Of a stretch of DNA of 64,000 nucleotides, positions 30,449 to 39,720 are shown piece after piece; the first letter of the stretch is position 1, and every line of letters starts with the position of its first letter. Source of the stretch: a virus (taxonomy: Duplodnaviria > Caudoviricetes). The notes beneath the pieces were generated by a model, which saw only the letters and a list, made by a program, of their open reading frames with translations, was not told where the DNA came from and did not search any database. The stretch is taken from IMG/VR virus record IMGVR_UViG_3300044630_004720; one strand, 5' to 3'. Both the position numbers and the translations under genes were made by a program.

Positions 30449-30814
30449 ATGAGTCTTAGTGTAGAAGATAAAGAAAAGATGGCAAATTTTGTGAAGTTCG
30501 TATCCAAAGAGCTAGAATTGGACGAGACTCCTACAATTGTTATTAAGAACAACAGGGATGGTCTAAAAACTACCGCAAACTACGATTATACCAAAGAGAA
30601 TAAAATCATAAAGGTTTGTAGGAAAAATCGTGCGTTAGTTGATGTCTTAAGGAGTATTGCTCACGAAATGGTTCACCACAAACAATTTGAACAGGGTAGG
30701 TTAGAAGTTAAACCACCCGATATTGGTGGTGAAATTGAAGATGAGGCTAACGCAAAAGCGGGTCAATACATCAAAATGTTCTCTAAAATTGACCCCTCAA
30801 TATACGACCTTTAA
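30449..30814 (+). CDS. HExxH metallopeptidase-like protein
   Basis: LRSIAHEMVHHKQ...EDEANA. Confidence 0.65.
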   Translation: MSLSVEDKEKMANFVKFVSKELELDETPTIVIKNNRDGLKTTANYDYTKENKIIKVCRKNRALVDVLRSIAHEMVHHKQFEQGRLEVKPPDIGGEIEDEANAKAGQYIKMFSKIDPSIYDL

Positions 30815-31380
30815 AATCTATGTAAGGTAATCTCTAAATGAGATTCAATTGCCTTTTCATATTGATTTCCATTTACCATAATGTTTGTATAAAAAACTTG
30901 ACTCGTTAGTGTCAACACATTTGACGGCATAGCGTGTTTCGTATCAATATCAAAGGTGTAACGTGTTTTTTGACCTTTATAATCCGTTTCGATTATTTTT
31001 TGCTCTTTACAATACGTACAAGGAAACCAAACATCCATTCGTTCGTCTGACCCCACGTCTTTTATTCTAAGTTTATTATAATCAAATTCCCATTGGGTTG
31101 TTTTAATATCAAATCTACGATTGATATTGGTACCAAAATAGTCTTGGGTTAACATTAATTGATTGTTTAAATTAATACCCGTTACTAAAAAATTGTTTAC
31201 CGCCGCTCTATCCTCATTTACAACGAACACCTCACTACCATAATTTACTTTATCGATAACAACATCAATATCTACCACATCCCATCTACCATTTAAATTT
31301 AATTGTGGATTACTCGGTAATTCATATTTCTCACACCCCGTAAGAAATACAACTATTATTAAACATATAATACGTCTCAT
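30811..31380 (-). CDS. Lipoprotein (lipocalin-like N-terminus)
   Basis: Lipobox FLTGC; LNGRWDV. Confidence 0.7.
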   Translation of the reverse strand: MRRIICLIIVVFLTGCEKYELPSNPQLNLNGRWDVVDIDVVIDKVNYGSEVFVVNEDRAAVNNFLVTGINLNNQLMLTQDYFGTNINRRFDIKTTQWEFDYNKLRIKDVGSDERMDVWFPCTYCKEQKIIETDYKGQKTRYTFDIDTKHAMPSNVLTLTSQVFYTNIMVNGNQYEKAIESHLEITLHRF

Positions 31381-31450
31381 ATCTTTATATTTTCAACAAA
31401 ATTAGGTATTTTTTTGAATATACAAAATTTTTTTTACTATTTATTAGTAT

Positions 31451-31705
31451 ATGAAAATAGTTCTATCCGAAAAACAATTAGAAAAACTAATAAAATCGTC
31501 TGTAAATCAGGAGGTTACCGAGCAAGATGATGCCGCGGCGGCACAACCTTCAGCAGGTACTTCTGCTACCCAAAGTGGTGGTGAAGGATACCCTGAGGTA
31601 AGTGTTTGGGAAAGTGGGGCATCAAGAGGTCCTGCAAATCCTATAGGTAACGGAGCAATGGAAGATAGAATTAAGGAAAGAGGTAAAGCCAATAAGTTGA
31701 ACTAA
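31451..31705 (+). CDS. Small protein with MKIVLSEKQL motif
   Basis: TATTTAT at 31438; C-terminal RGPANP/RGKANKL repeat. Confidence 0.75.
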   Translation: MKIVLSEKQLEKLIKSSVNQEVTEQDDAAAAQPSAGTSATQSGGEGYPEVSVWESGASRGPANPIGNGAMEDRIKERGKANKLN

Positions 31706-31745
31706 TTAATATATACCTGATATTTATAGTAATATCGATAAAAAT

Positions 31746-33005
31746 ATGGATGAATTTGTTGTATCAAGAGACTTAAGATTTCTACAAATGGGAAATCGTA
31801 TAGTGGATATCACTACAGGTATTCATACTGACGTTGAGTCTCCTAACCCCATTTTTGTTTGTGAGATGTTTAAAACGCAATTTTTATTTTCACATAGACA
31901 GAATTTATTCGAATCAACCGACCTATTCAAAAAAATGAAAGAACTAATTTACCCAATGATGGGTAAAAATAGTAATCATATAATGGAGTTTGAGGTTAGG
32001 TATGGTCAAAATTTAATTTTTGAATCTGAAGACAGATTAAGAACCGAACAATTAATTTCAGAATCTTGGGAATTTGTAAAAAATAAAATTTACGAATCTA
32101 ATCCAATAATAATTCAAGAAGAAGGTTTATGGGATGACTTTAAATCAGGAGCGGGAAAACTTTGGGATAAAACAAAAGAAGTTGCGGGTAAGGCTTGGGA
32201 TAAAACAAAAGAAGTTGCGGGTAAGGCGTTTCAAGGATTGAAAGATGCTGGTAGTTGGATTTTAAATAAAGGACTACCTTGGTTTTTTGATAAGTTAGAA
32301 GCGGTTCTTTTACATCCTGTGGGTATTGCAGTTGACGCCGCTTTAACCGCCATTGGTGTGGGTAAAGTAGCCGGTGCTGTTTTATGGGGAGCGTTACTTA
32401 TTTGGAAAGTGTATAAATTAATAAGTGGTAAGTCCGACTCCAAAAGTATTTGGACTTATGTTGATTTACTCGTTTGTGTTATTGGTATAGCATTTTCAGG
32501 AGCGGCTAAAGCAACACAAATGGCATTTAAAGCAGCTGGAGGTGCAATCGCTAAGATACCTGTATCAATTATGAAAACAGTAACTAATGTTCTTGGTAAG
32601 GGAGCAAGAGGAATTTTTAATTTAATGATAAAACCAATAGAATGGTTAGGGAGTATTTTTGGTGCTGGAGCATCAAAAATGATTCAAGCATTCAAAAGTA
32701 GATTCAACGGAATTTTCGACGATATTACCCGTATGTTCACGAAACCATCAACCGCAACAGCAGCAACTGTAAAAAAACCTGGATTAATTAAACAAGTTCA
32801 AGCAGGAATTAAATCGGATATAACAAAACCTTGGCAGGCGGCCACAAAAGCACAAAAAATGGCGGCGGCTCGTAAGGGTGCAGTTACAGGTGGTGTTGTT
32901 TATGGTTTAACAAAAGGTATTCAGGGGCTCACGGGCTCTAATAATTCAGAACCTGAAAAACTTGATTTGTCGGGTGCAAAATTTGATTTTGAAAATAGTT
33001 TATAA
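31746..33005 (+). CDS. Gly/Ala-rich protein with central hydrophobic helices (candidate virion/ejection protein)
   Basis: Hydrophobic hairpins; 11-residue WDKTKEVAGKA repeat. Confidence 0.6.
   Translation: MDEFVVSRDLRFLQMGNRIVDITTGIHTDVESPNPIFVCEMFKTQFLFSHRQNLFESTDLFKKMKELIYPMMGKNSNHIMEFEVRYGQNLIFESEDRLRTEQLISESWEFVKNKIYESNPIIIQEEGLWDDFKSGAGKLWDKTKEVAGKAWDKTKEVAGKAFQGLKDAGSWILNKGLPWFFDKLEAVLLHPVGIAVDAALTAIGVGKVAGAVLWGALLIWKVYKLISGKSDSKSIWTYVDLLVCVIGIAFSGAAKATQMAFKAAGGAIAKIPVSIMKTVTNVLGKGARGIFNLMIKPIEWLGSIFGAGASKMIQAFKSRFNGIFDDITRMFTKPSTATAATVKKPGLIKQVQAGIKSDITKPWQAATKAQKMAAARKGAVTGGVVYGLTKGIQGLTGSNNSEPEKLDLSGAKFDFENSL
32162..32227 (+). repeat. 33-bp in-frame tandem duplication
   Basis: TTGGGATAAAACAAAAGAAGTTGCGGGTAAGGC, two exact copies. 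Confidence 0.9.
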
Positions 33006-33024
33006 ATAAAAAGAAAAATTAATT

Positions 33025-34713
33025 ATGAAAAAGATAACATTAAACGAACAAATAAACAGAGCAAGGCTTCTTATGGGTTATGACTCTGAAAAAACACTTT
33101 TTGAAAATGAAGATATCATTTTTGAGGGTGAGGAAGTGATTGCCGAACAACTTAAAAATTTATTAAGAACATTTAGTGATGACGCTATTAAACTTTTAGG
33201 TGGTGAAGTGAAAGGGATGGCTATGTTTGGTGATGATGCCGTTAAAGCAACAGAATTTTTAAAGAGAGCAAGAGCAGGAAAGGCAGCGGCTGGAGAACTT
33301 GGTACTTTCACTAAAGGAATTTTAAAAGATACAAAAATGGTCAAATCTAATCCTGGCCTTTTTGATGATGCAGTTGCAAACTACACGAAAGAATTAATGG
33401 GTTCAAAAAGTAGTTTAGCAACACAATTCCAAGGAGCATCGAGAGCTGACCGTGCAATGTTATTAAAGAACGCGGGTTATCCTGAAGCAACTATTAATAG
33501 AATATTAAAACAAACTGACAATTTAGGTGCTACAGCAGCTAAATCTGCTGATGATGTTGCAGCAGGTGCCTCTAAAGTACCGGGAAAAACTCCACCTACA
33601 CCGGGAAAAACTCCACCTACACCGGGAAAAACTCCACCTACACCGGGAAAAGTTCAGGCACCTGGTCCTGGCGGACAAAAACTTATAGATAGATGGAACA
33701 AAGCGAAAGAAACAGTTAAAAATTATAAAGATGATGTATTGAAAAAGATTCAAGGATTAAAAGGTAGACTTAGTCCAAAACAATTAGCTTTATATGGATT
33801 GGCCGGATATGGTGCTTACGAATTATTATTTGGTGATAAAGGAGATGAGAAAGGTCAAGACCAAGTACTTGGTGATTGTGTGGCTAATTTACCTGGTGTA
33901 ACATTTGGAATAGGAACCGGTGATGTTGCAATTGCACAAATACCTGATGGAGTTGATGAGAAATCAAAAGGTAAAGGTGGTTTAACTTTCTGGCCGAATG
34001 GTAGAGTAATTTCAGGTGACCTTTCAGTTAGAGGTAACTACTATTGTAAAGGTGGGGCAATTAAATCGGCAGTGGCTGAGAATCAAATTAATGAAGTAGA
34101 TTATAATGGTGTACACATTGATTGGGACGGAGATAAAAAAACTGACCCAGTCCCTAATCCTAAACCTAAACCTAAATATACACCTTGTACAAGTTTCCCA
34201 ATGAAATTTGGTTGTAAGAGTGATAAGATTAGAGAGGTACAGTCTTGTTTAGAAATGCCTCAAGAAAAACAAACAGGTAATTTTGGACCATTGACACAAA
34301 AGGCATTGACAGAAAAAGGATATAGTGGTACTGAACTTTCGGAACCTGATTATTTAAAAATATTAGAGAATTGCGGAAAAACAACGGAACCAGTTAAAAG
34401 AATTAATGCGGAACCTATTAAACTTGCTCCGAGAGATATTAAACCAGCACAAATTAATCTTAGTAATTTAAAATTACCAGATATTAAAGCACCTGAAGTA
34501 AGTGACGATGTATTCTACAACGCACTAAGAAGTAATGGTAATATTATTGGTGAAGATGGTAATAACAGAATAAAATATAAAGGTCCTGATTTGGACGAAT
34601 TACAAATAGGAAAATTAGATAACGTACTAAAAGGTATGAAATATACAAGAATCAAAACACTTGAGGATATTAAAAGATATGGTTCTAAATATGTATGGTT
34701 AAAAACTAAATAA
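33025..34713 (+). CDS. Large candidate virion protein with TM segment and PG-binding-like module
   Basis: MKKITLNEQI start; KFGCKSDKIREVQSCL...GNFGPLTQKAL resembles a PG-binding domain. Confidence 0.55.
   Translation: MKKITLNEQINRARLLMGYDSEKTLFENEDIIFEGEEVIAEQLKNLLRTFSDDAIKLLGGEVKGMAMFGDDAVKATEFLKRARAGKAAAGELGTFTKGILKDTKMVKSNPGLFDDAVANYTKELMGSKSSLATQFQGASRADRAMLLKNAGYPEATINRILKQTDNLGATAAKSADDVAAGASKVPGKTPPTPGKTPPTPGKTPPTPGKVQAPGPGGQKLIDRWNKAKETVKNYKDDVLKKIQGLKGRLSPKQLALYGLAGYGAYELLFGDKGDEKGQDQVLGDCVANLPGVTFGIGTGDVAIAQIPDGVDEKSKGKGGLTFWPNGRVISGDLSVRGNYYCKGGAIKSAVAENQINEVDYNGVHIDWDGDKKTDPVPNPKPKPKYTPCTSFPMKFGCKSDKIREVQSCLEMPQEKQTGNFGPLTQKALTEKGYSGTELSEPDYLKILENCGKTTEPVKRINAEPIKLAPRDIKPAQINLSNLKLPDIKAPEVSDDVFYNALRSNGNIIGEDGNNRIKYKGPDLDELQIGKLDNVLKGMKYTRIKTLEDIKRYGSKYVWLKTK
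33579..33651 (+). repeat. 21-bp tandem repeat (about 3.5 copies) encoding PGKTPPT
   Basis: ACCGGGAAAAACTCCACCTAC at 33579, 33600 and 33621, partial at 33642. Confidence 0.92.
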
Positions 34714-34716
34714 GTA

Positions 34717-35352
34717 ATGAATAACGATATCAATAAATTAATTAGAGAAGAATTAATCAAAAAGAGAAAAAATAATCTTGTTGAATCATTAAGTCCACTT
34801 AATGATATTGATGATAGGGATTTCTTTTTTCATAGTTATATTCAAAAATCCGCCAATCTTCTTGATGAAGGATATTCTATCGAGGAAATCGAGCAAATCG
34901 CCGAAAATATGTTTACCGATAAAATATTACAAGGAGGTGGAGGAGTAGCTAAAGATATTTGGGGAAGTACAAATATTTTAGATGCTCTTTTTGGTGGTGG
35001 TTTAGGTATGATTAAAGAACAAGTAATTAGATGGGTTCTTGTTAATTTAGGTGTTGGTAAAGGTGCTGCGAACTTTTTAGCTGCGTTTTTAGAACAAACT
35101 GACCCAAGAGAACTTTTAAGACTTTTCAAAAGTCCGGAAAGTTGTACATCAGGAATGCCTAAAATATCAGATGGTTTAATGGCCGGTATCGTTAGATATC
35201 TTCAATTTGGTGAAAAGGATGTTAAATTGTTTGACCAAAATAGTGACGTTTTAGGTTTGGGATTAGGTAACGTTTTAGATGAAGTAATAACACAATCCAA
35301 CATCGGAGAAAAAGTCGGTGAAAAACTTTGTGCGGCAATATGGAAAAGATAA
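34717..35352 (+). CDS. Hypothetical protein, Gly-rich with hydrophobic helix
   Basis: 211-aa ORF in the same operon. Confidence 0.75.
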   Translation: MNNDINKLIREELIKKRKNNLVESLSPLNDIDDRDFFFHSYIQKSANLLDEGYSIEEIEQIAENMFTDKILQGGGGVAKDIWGSTNILDALFGGGLGMIKEQVIRWVLVNLGVGKGAANFLAAFLEQTDPRELLRLFKSPESCTSGMPKISDGLMAGIVRYLQFGEKDVKLFDQNSDVLGLGLGNVLDEVITQSNIGEKVGEKLCAAIWKR

Positions 35353-36272
35353 AAGATAAAAATTATGTAAAATCTGAGATGTTTGAAATTGAACCTCAGG
35401 ATATTAATGAAGGATTTTGGGAAAATGCTTTATTGGTTGCGGGTTTTATACCTGTAATTGGTGAAGTTGCTGACACAATTTTAATTATAAAATATTGGAG
35501 AGAGGGTAGAAAAATCGAGGCCGGATTAATGTTATTAGCATTAATACCAACGGTAGGTGATATTATAGTAAAACCATTCTTAAGATTAGGTAAAGCAGCA
35601 GGAGCATTTAAAACCGCAACTACATTTACTAAATTCATAACCGAAAATCCACAAGCAAGGGCGGCATATGCTAAGATTGGTAAACAAATGGATAATCCTG
35701 CTATTAATAAATTAGTTGCTCAAGTAGGTAAGAAGACACCACAAGGTGCGGAAGCTCTTACAGGTGCTATTGCATATCAAAAAAGTTTATTTTCAAAAGT
35801 AGGAAGTACTGTAAGTGACGCAAGTGCGAAAGTAGGTTCAACATTGGAAAGAGGTCTTGGGAAGACTATGAAACAAACATTTCAAGACAAAGCATTACAA
35901 AAATATTTAATTAAAACCGGTGGAGTTGCTCCAAGTAATTTCTTATCAAGATGGTGGAACGTTGTTTATAAAGGTAGATTAGATAGAAAAAATGCAGTTA
36001 GAAAATTAATTTTTGGAAGTAACTTATTAGGTGCTTTAGGGTTTCCTAATATTGAATCGTTAGAGAGAGCAATGGCCGACCCAAAACAAGCTGACGAGTT
36101 AATGAAAAACCCACAATTTGCACAATTTTATAATCAAGCAACAACACCCGAAGAACAACAATCAATGGCACAACCAGAACCGGAAAAAGAATCTGGTATT
36201 GGTAATTTATTAGGTGGTGCAGGTTCATTCGTTGGATTAAATGTATTAAAAAGTTTAGCTCGTTTTGTTTAA
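35340..36272 (+). CDS. Protein with pre-toxin TG (PT-TG)-like N-terminal hairpin
   Basis: LLVAGFIPVIGEVAD...G...AGLMLLALIPTVGD. Confidence 0.6.
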   Translation: MEKIKDKNYVKSEMFEIEPQDINEGFWENALLVAGFIPVIGEVADTILIIKYWREGRKIEAGLMLLALIPTVGDIIVKPFLRLGKAAGAFKTATTFTKFITENPQARAAYAKIGKQMDNPAINKLVAQVGKKTPQGAEALTGAIAYQKSLFSKVGSTVSDASAKVGSTLERGLGKTMKQTFQDKALQKYLIKTGGVAPSNFLSRWWNVVYKGRLDRKNAVRKLIFGSNLLGALGFPNIESLERAMADPKQADELMKNPQFAQFYNQATTPEEQQSMAQPEPEKESGIGNLLGGAGSFVGLNVLKSLARFV

Positions 36273-36290
36273 TTATGATATTTATTATTA

Positions 36291-36390
36291 GAGTTTAATG
36301 GTTTGGTCACCATCAAACGATAATAATTGAAAAAACGAAAGGAGGTATTCAATCTCGGCAAAGGGGTCCTAAAGACCTCTTTGTTCGTTT
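36291..36390 (+). ncRNA. Candidate ~100-nt sRNA carrying an extended Shine-Dalgarno-like tract (sRNA-A)
   Basis: TATTTAT at 36279; hairpin 36301-36318; GAAAGGAGGTATTC at 36337-36350; 10-bp hairpin 36359-36383 with a G-U pair on this strand; no ATG/GTG/TTG after the SD. Confidence 0.5.
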
Positions 36391-36413
36391 ATACCTATTT
36401 ACTATAAACGGTA

Positions 36414-37358
36414 ATGTTAAATAAGATAAAACTTCACGTATTTGGTGATTCATTCACTCAAACATTTAAATCCCACCAATCAGGAGGCTCTGCTTGGGGT
36501 AAAAAATATATGGAATATATTGGAGAGGTTCCTGATAGTTATACCGAAATAATTGCAAATCATTTTGATTTTGATTTAAAAAATCACGCAATTGGTGGGT
36601 GTTCGAATTATACAATATTTGACACATTTTTAGAAAAAAGAAAAGAAATATCCCAAGGGGACGTTGTGATTTTTGGATGGACCGCAATTAATAGATTTAG
36701 AATTGCAAATCATCAAAATAGATATGTTGATATTTTACCAAATACACCTCATCCAAAACAAAATGATGATGTTGATTTAATTACCACACAAGAAATTGCA
36801 ATTAATAGAGATTCGTATAATGTATATTGGAAAGAATTAGAAAATTTCATTATTGTGATAAATGAATTATTAAAAAGTAATCAAGTATATCATTGGTCTT
36901 GGGTACAACCGTCAACTAATGTTGTGGATGCAATATGGTCAGAAGAAAATCAAAAAGATAAAAATGTTATGATGTCTAAATCTTGGAAAAATTTAGACAT
37001 CGATGTAAAAAATGCAATTGGTAGGAGTTGTGATGTATTGTTAGATATGTCAAAACCATTTGATATTGAGGAAATAAAATCGTTGGTTAGTGATGGTAAG
37101 AGAGTTTTTGGTGTGAACGTAGAATTATGTCCATTAAGTAATTTAGGACCGTTTTATAACACTTTTAATTGTGTTGAATATAACACCACAAATCATAAAA
37201 AAGAGTGTTTCAAATTGTTTATTCCATACTATAGTTATGAAACAATTAAACAGGAGACAAATGGAAATATACCTGATATCCATTATAGTAGGAATGGACA
37301 TAAAGAATTAGCAAATACGTTTATAGATTTAATAGAAACAAAAAAACCCATCAATTGA
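36414..37358 (+). CDS. SGNH/GDSL-like protein with insertion
   Basis: VFGDSFT; GGCSN; DIHYSRNGH. Confidence 0.7.
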   Translation: MLNKIKLHVFGDSFTQTFKSHQSGGSAWGKKYMEYIGEVPDSYTEIIANHFDFDLKNHAIGGCSNYTIFDTFLEKRKEISQGDVVIFGWTAINRFRIANHQNRYVDILPNTPHPKQNDDVDLITTQEIAINRDSYNVYWKELENFIIVINELLKSNQVYHWSWVQPSTNVVDAIWSEENQKDKNVMMSKSWKNLDIDVKNAIGRSCDVLLDMSKPFDIEEIKSLVSDGKRVFGVNVELCPLSNLGPFYNTFNCVEYNTTNHKKECFKLFIPYYSYETIKQETNGNIPDIHYSRNGHKELANTFIDLIETKKPIN

Positions 37359-37371
37359 TGGGTTTAATTTT

Positions 37372-37769
37372 TGGTGGAGGTGACGGGAGTCGAACCCGTG
37401 TCTTGCTCGTCATACCATAAACGGACTACACGTTTATTCAATTGGTTCTCAACTGACAAATAGAAGGTTAATTTCAGAAAACCTACAACACTGTTCCTAA
37501 CCGGATTTTCAAGAGCCGTCAGGTTTGCTCCAACACTCTAAGGTGGTGTTACACCGTAAGTACTTCTGTTCCTAGGTTATATGTACGTCGACCCGAGGTA
37601 GTACCTAACTTGGTTAGGCTGCTACTTTAGAAGTTGCAAGTAAACCTGCTACTTCCATTTGGTTGTAAACGTTGCCGTTTAAATTGTTTCACCATAGATT
37701 TAAGTCATAGATGAATTCTGACTACGTGCCCATTTACCATATCAACGCCAATCAATACCAAACACCCCC
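37372..37769 (-). ncRNA. ssrA: tmRNA
   Basis: 5' GGGGGTG pairs with 3' CACCTCC-A-CCA, including G3-U70; T-arm GGGTTCGACTCCC; tag ORF 37676-37614 (A)GNVYNQMEVAGLLATSKVAA*; promoter TACATTTG at 37784-37791. Confidence 0.93.
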
Positions 37770-37850
37770 AAATAAACTTAATACAAATGTAGACAAAAAA
37801 GGGTTAAAAAACAAATTTTAACCCATTTTATGTAAATATAAATGTATTAT

Positions 37851-38147
37851 TTATTTTTTTGGTTTTCTACCTCTTCTTGGTTCTGTGGATTTTGTTGCGG
37901 TAACTACTTGTTTTGCTTGTTTACCAACTTCCTTAACGGCTTTAACAACATCACCAGCCTCTTCTTTTACTCTTTTGGCTTTTACCTTAACTTCTTCAAC
38001 AACTTCTTTTACTTCTTCAATTTTGTTGTCAATGACATCAGGAATGTTATTACCGTCTTTGTCCTCAATTTTACCTTGTTTCATAAGAACAAACGTTATA
38101 AGACCGGCTCCGGCTAATACTGCTAAAATTAAAATTAATGTACCCAT
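37851..38147 (-). CDS. Membrane-anchored small protein with DKDGNNIPD motif and basic tail
   Basis: N-terminal TM; TATTTAT at 38166-38172. Confidence 0.7.
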   Translation of the reverse strand: MGTLILILAVLAGAGLITFVLMKQGKIEDKDGNNIPDVIDNKIEEVKEVVEEVKVKAKRVKEEAGDVVKAVKEVGKQAKQVVTATKSTEPRRGRKPKK

Positions 38148-38172
38148 AATAGATTGTTTATTTATATAAATA

Positions 38173-39720
38173 TTACCTAAGTTGGTAAAGGTTATTTAAA
38201 ACCTGACTAACCTTATTTGGTTCTAAGTCAGGAATTTCTGTTGGTCCGAATTTATGTTTTTTCTTAAAATGTTCAAACCCGATTCTGTAGTTTTTTTGCC
38301 AAGTTTCGGAACGAGCAATTGTTGAATTTTCGATACTATCGGGAATATCATCAATATATTCCCAAGATTTATTTATGTCAGCAAACCACCAATATGGGGT
38401 AGTAAATCCATTTTTAAACGCTTGTAAAGTATGGTCAACGTGTTCCCAAGCGTTTTTATACGTTGAGTCAAATAAACCTATTTTTTCAATTACCTCACGA
38501 TTATAGTAAGAAAAGGAACCGACTGAATTTGGATATAATGCCACCTCAACACCATCAGGATATGTTACAACCTGTCTTGGGTTTGGTTCAGTTAATCCGT
38601 TTTGTTTTGCTCTATCTTCTAATGTTTGGAAACCTTCAGCTCCTTTCTTATTTGCGGGTCCTTGTAAAGCGTAGTTAAGATGTTTAATACCCGTCAACAC
38701 CGATGTTTTTATGTACTTATCAAATACTTCATCAGATTTAATTAACACATCGTCTTCCATAATAAAAATGTGGTCACATCCCTGTTCCATCAAATATTGA
38801 ATTGCGGTATTTTTTGCTTGTCCAACGGATTTATTTGTTTCGTGCTGAATTATATGTGCACTCTTTGGATATGATTCTTCATTGTAAGGAGTACCGTCAT
38901 TTACAATTACAAAATGTTTAACCCAAGAAGGAACGGTCGGTGCTGATTGTACGATTCTATGTTCGGCGTTATATGTCACAATACCAAGACCAATTTTATC
39001 CTTATCGTAATTTAATTTTTCATCAAAAGTTTTATTATTAGTCATTCTAATTGGTAAAACATCTTTGAATTTTTCTTCAAATTGGATTTTGTTATCTTCC
39101 CATTGTTGGTTTGTTTGTCCAATCGATTTGTGTACAATATCAAATTTTGTGGTTACGCCAATTTTAACTCCTTGGAGATGATTATTTAAACAAAATGGAA
39201 CTTCGTAGAAATGGAATCCTTTAAATTCCTCATCAAAATTTGTTTTGATTCTATCTTTATGAACGGCAAAAAATAACCCATCGACACAAACAACTTCTTT
39301 TGGTTTTTCATTTAATGAGTCGTTCGAATATTTTGATAGCCACCTATTTCCATCTTGTTCGTGGTAAACTCTTCCTACCATAGATTTTTTTAATTCCCAC
39401 CATCTACCATTGATTAGGTCGGTTGTACCGGCAATACCAATTACACCAAATTCAGGATTTTTATCAAAAATTCTACGAATCTTCTCACCAACGGATTTTG
39501 TTTCAATAATTAAATCATCGTGCATAAACACAACGATATCATATTGTGAATCTTTTAATCCATCATTATAAATTTCTGCTAATGATGAAACTCCATCATT
39601 TTCATAAATTAATATTTGTGTTTTCGGATGTGAAAACATTTTCTCAACGTGTTTTAAATAATCATCGTTGATTTTTCTTGTTGAAATTACAACACTTACA
39701 GGTAAATTACTCTTCGACAT
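38173..39720 (-). CDS. Two-domain GT-A glycosyltransferase (GT2-like x2)
   Basis: VFMHDD...DGLFFAV...GFHFYE in domain 1; FIMEDD...WEHVD in domain 2. Confidence 0.82.
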   Translation of the reverse strand: MSKSNLPVSVVISTRKINDDYLKHVEKMFSHPKTQILIYENDGVSSLAEIYNDGLKDSQYDIVVFMHDDLIIETKSVGEKIRRIFDKNPEFGVIGIAGTTDLINGRWWELKKSMVGRVYHEQDGNRWLSKYSNDSLNEKPKEVVCVDGLFFAVHKDRIKTNFDEEFKGFHFYEVPFCLNNHLQGVKIGVTTKFDIVHKSIGQTNQQWEDNKIQFEEKFKDVLPIRMTNNKTFDEKLNYDKDKIGLGIVTYNAEHRIVQSAPTVPSWVKHFVIVNDGTPYNEESYPKSAHIIQHETNKSVGQAKNTAIQYLMEQGCDHIFIMEDDVLIKSDEVFDKYIKTSVLTGIKHLNYALQGPANKKGAEGFQTLEDRAKQNGLTEPNPRQVVTYPDGVEVALYPNSVGSFSYYNREVIEKIGLFDSTYKNAWEHVDHTLQAFKNGFTTPYWWFADINKSWEYIDDIPDSIENSTIARSETWQKNYRIGFEHFKKKHKFGPTEIPDLEPNKVSQVLNNLYQLR

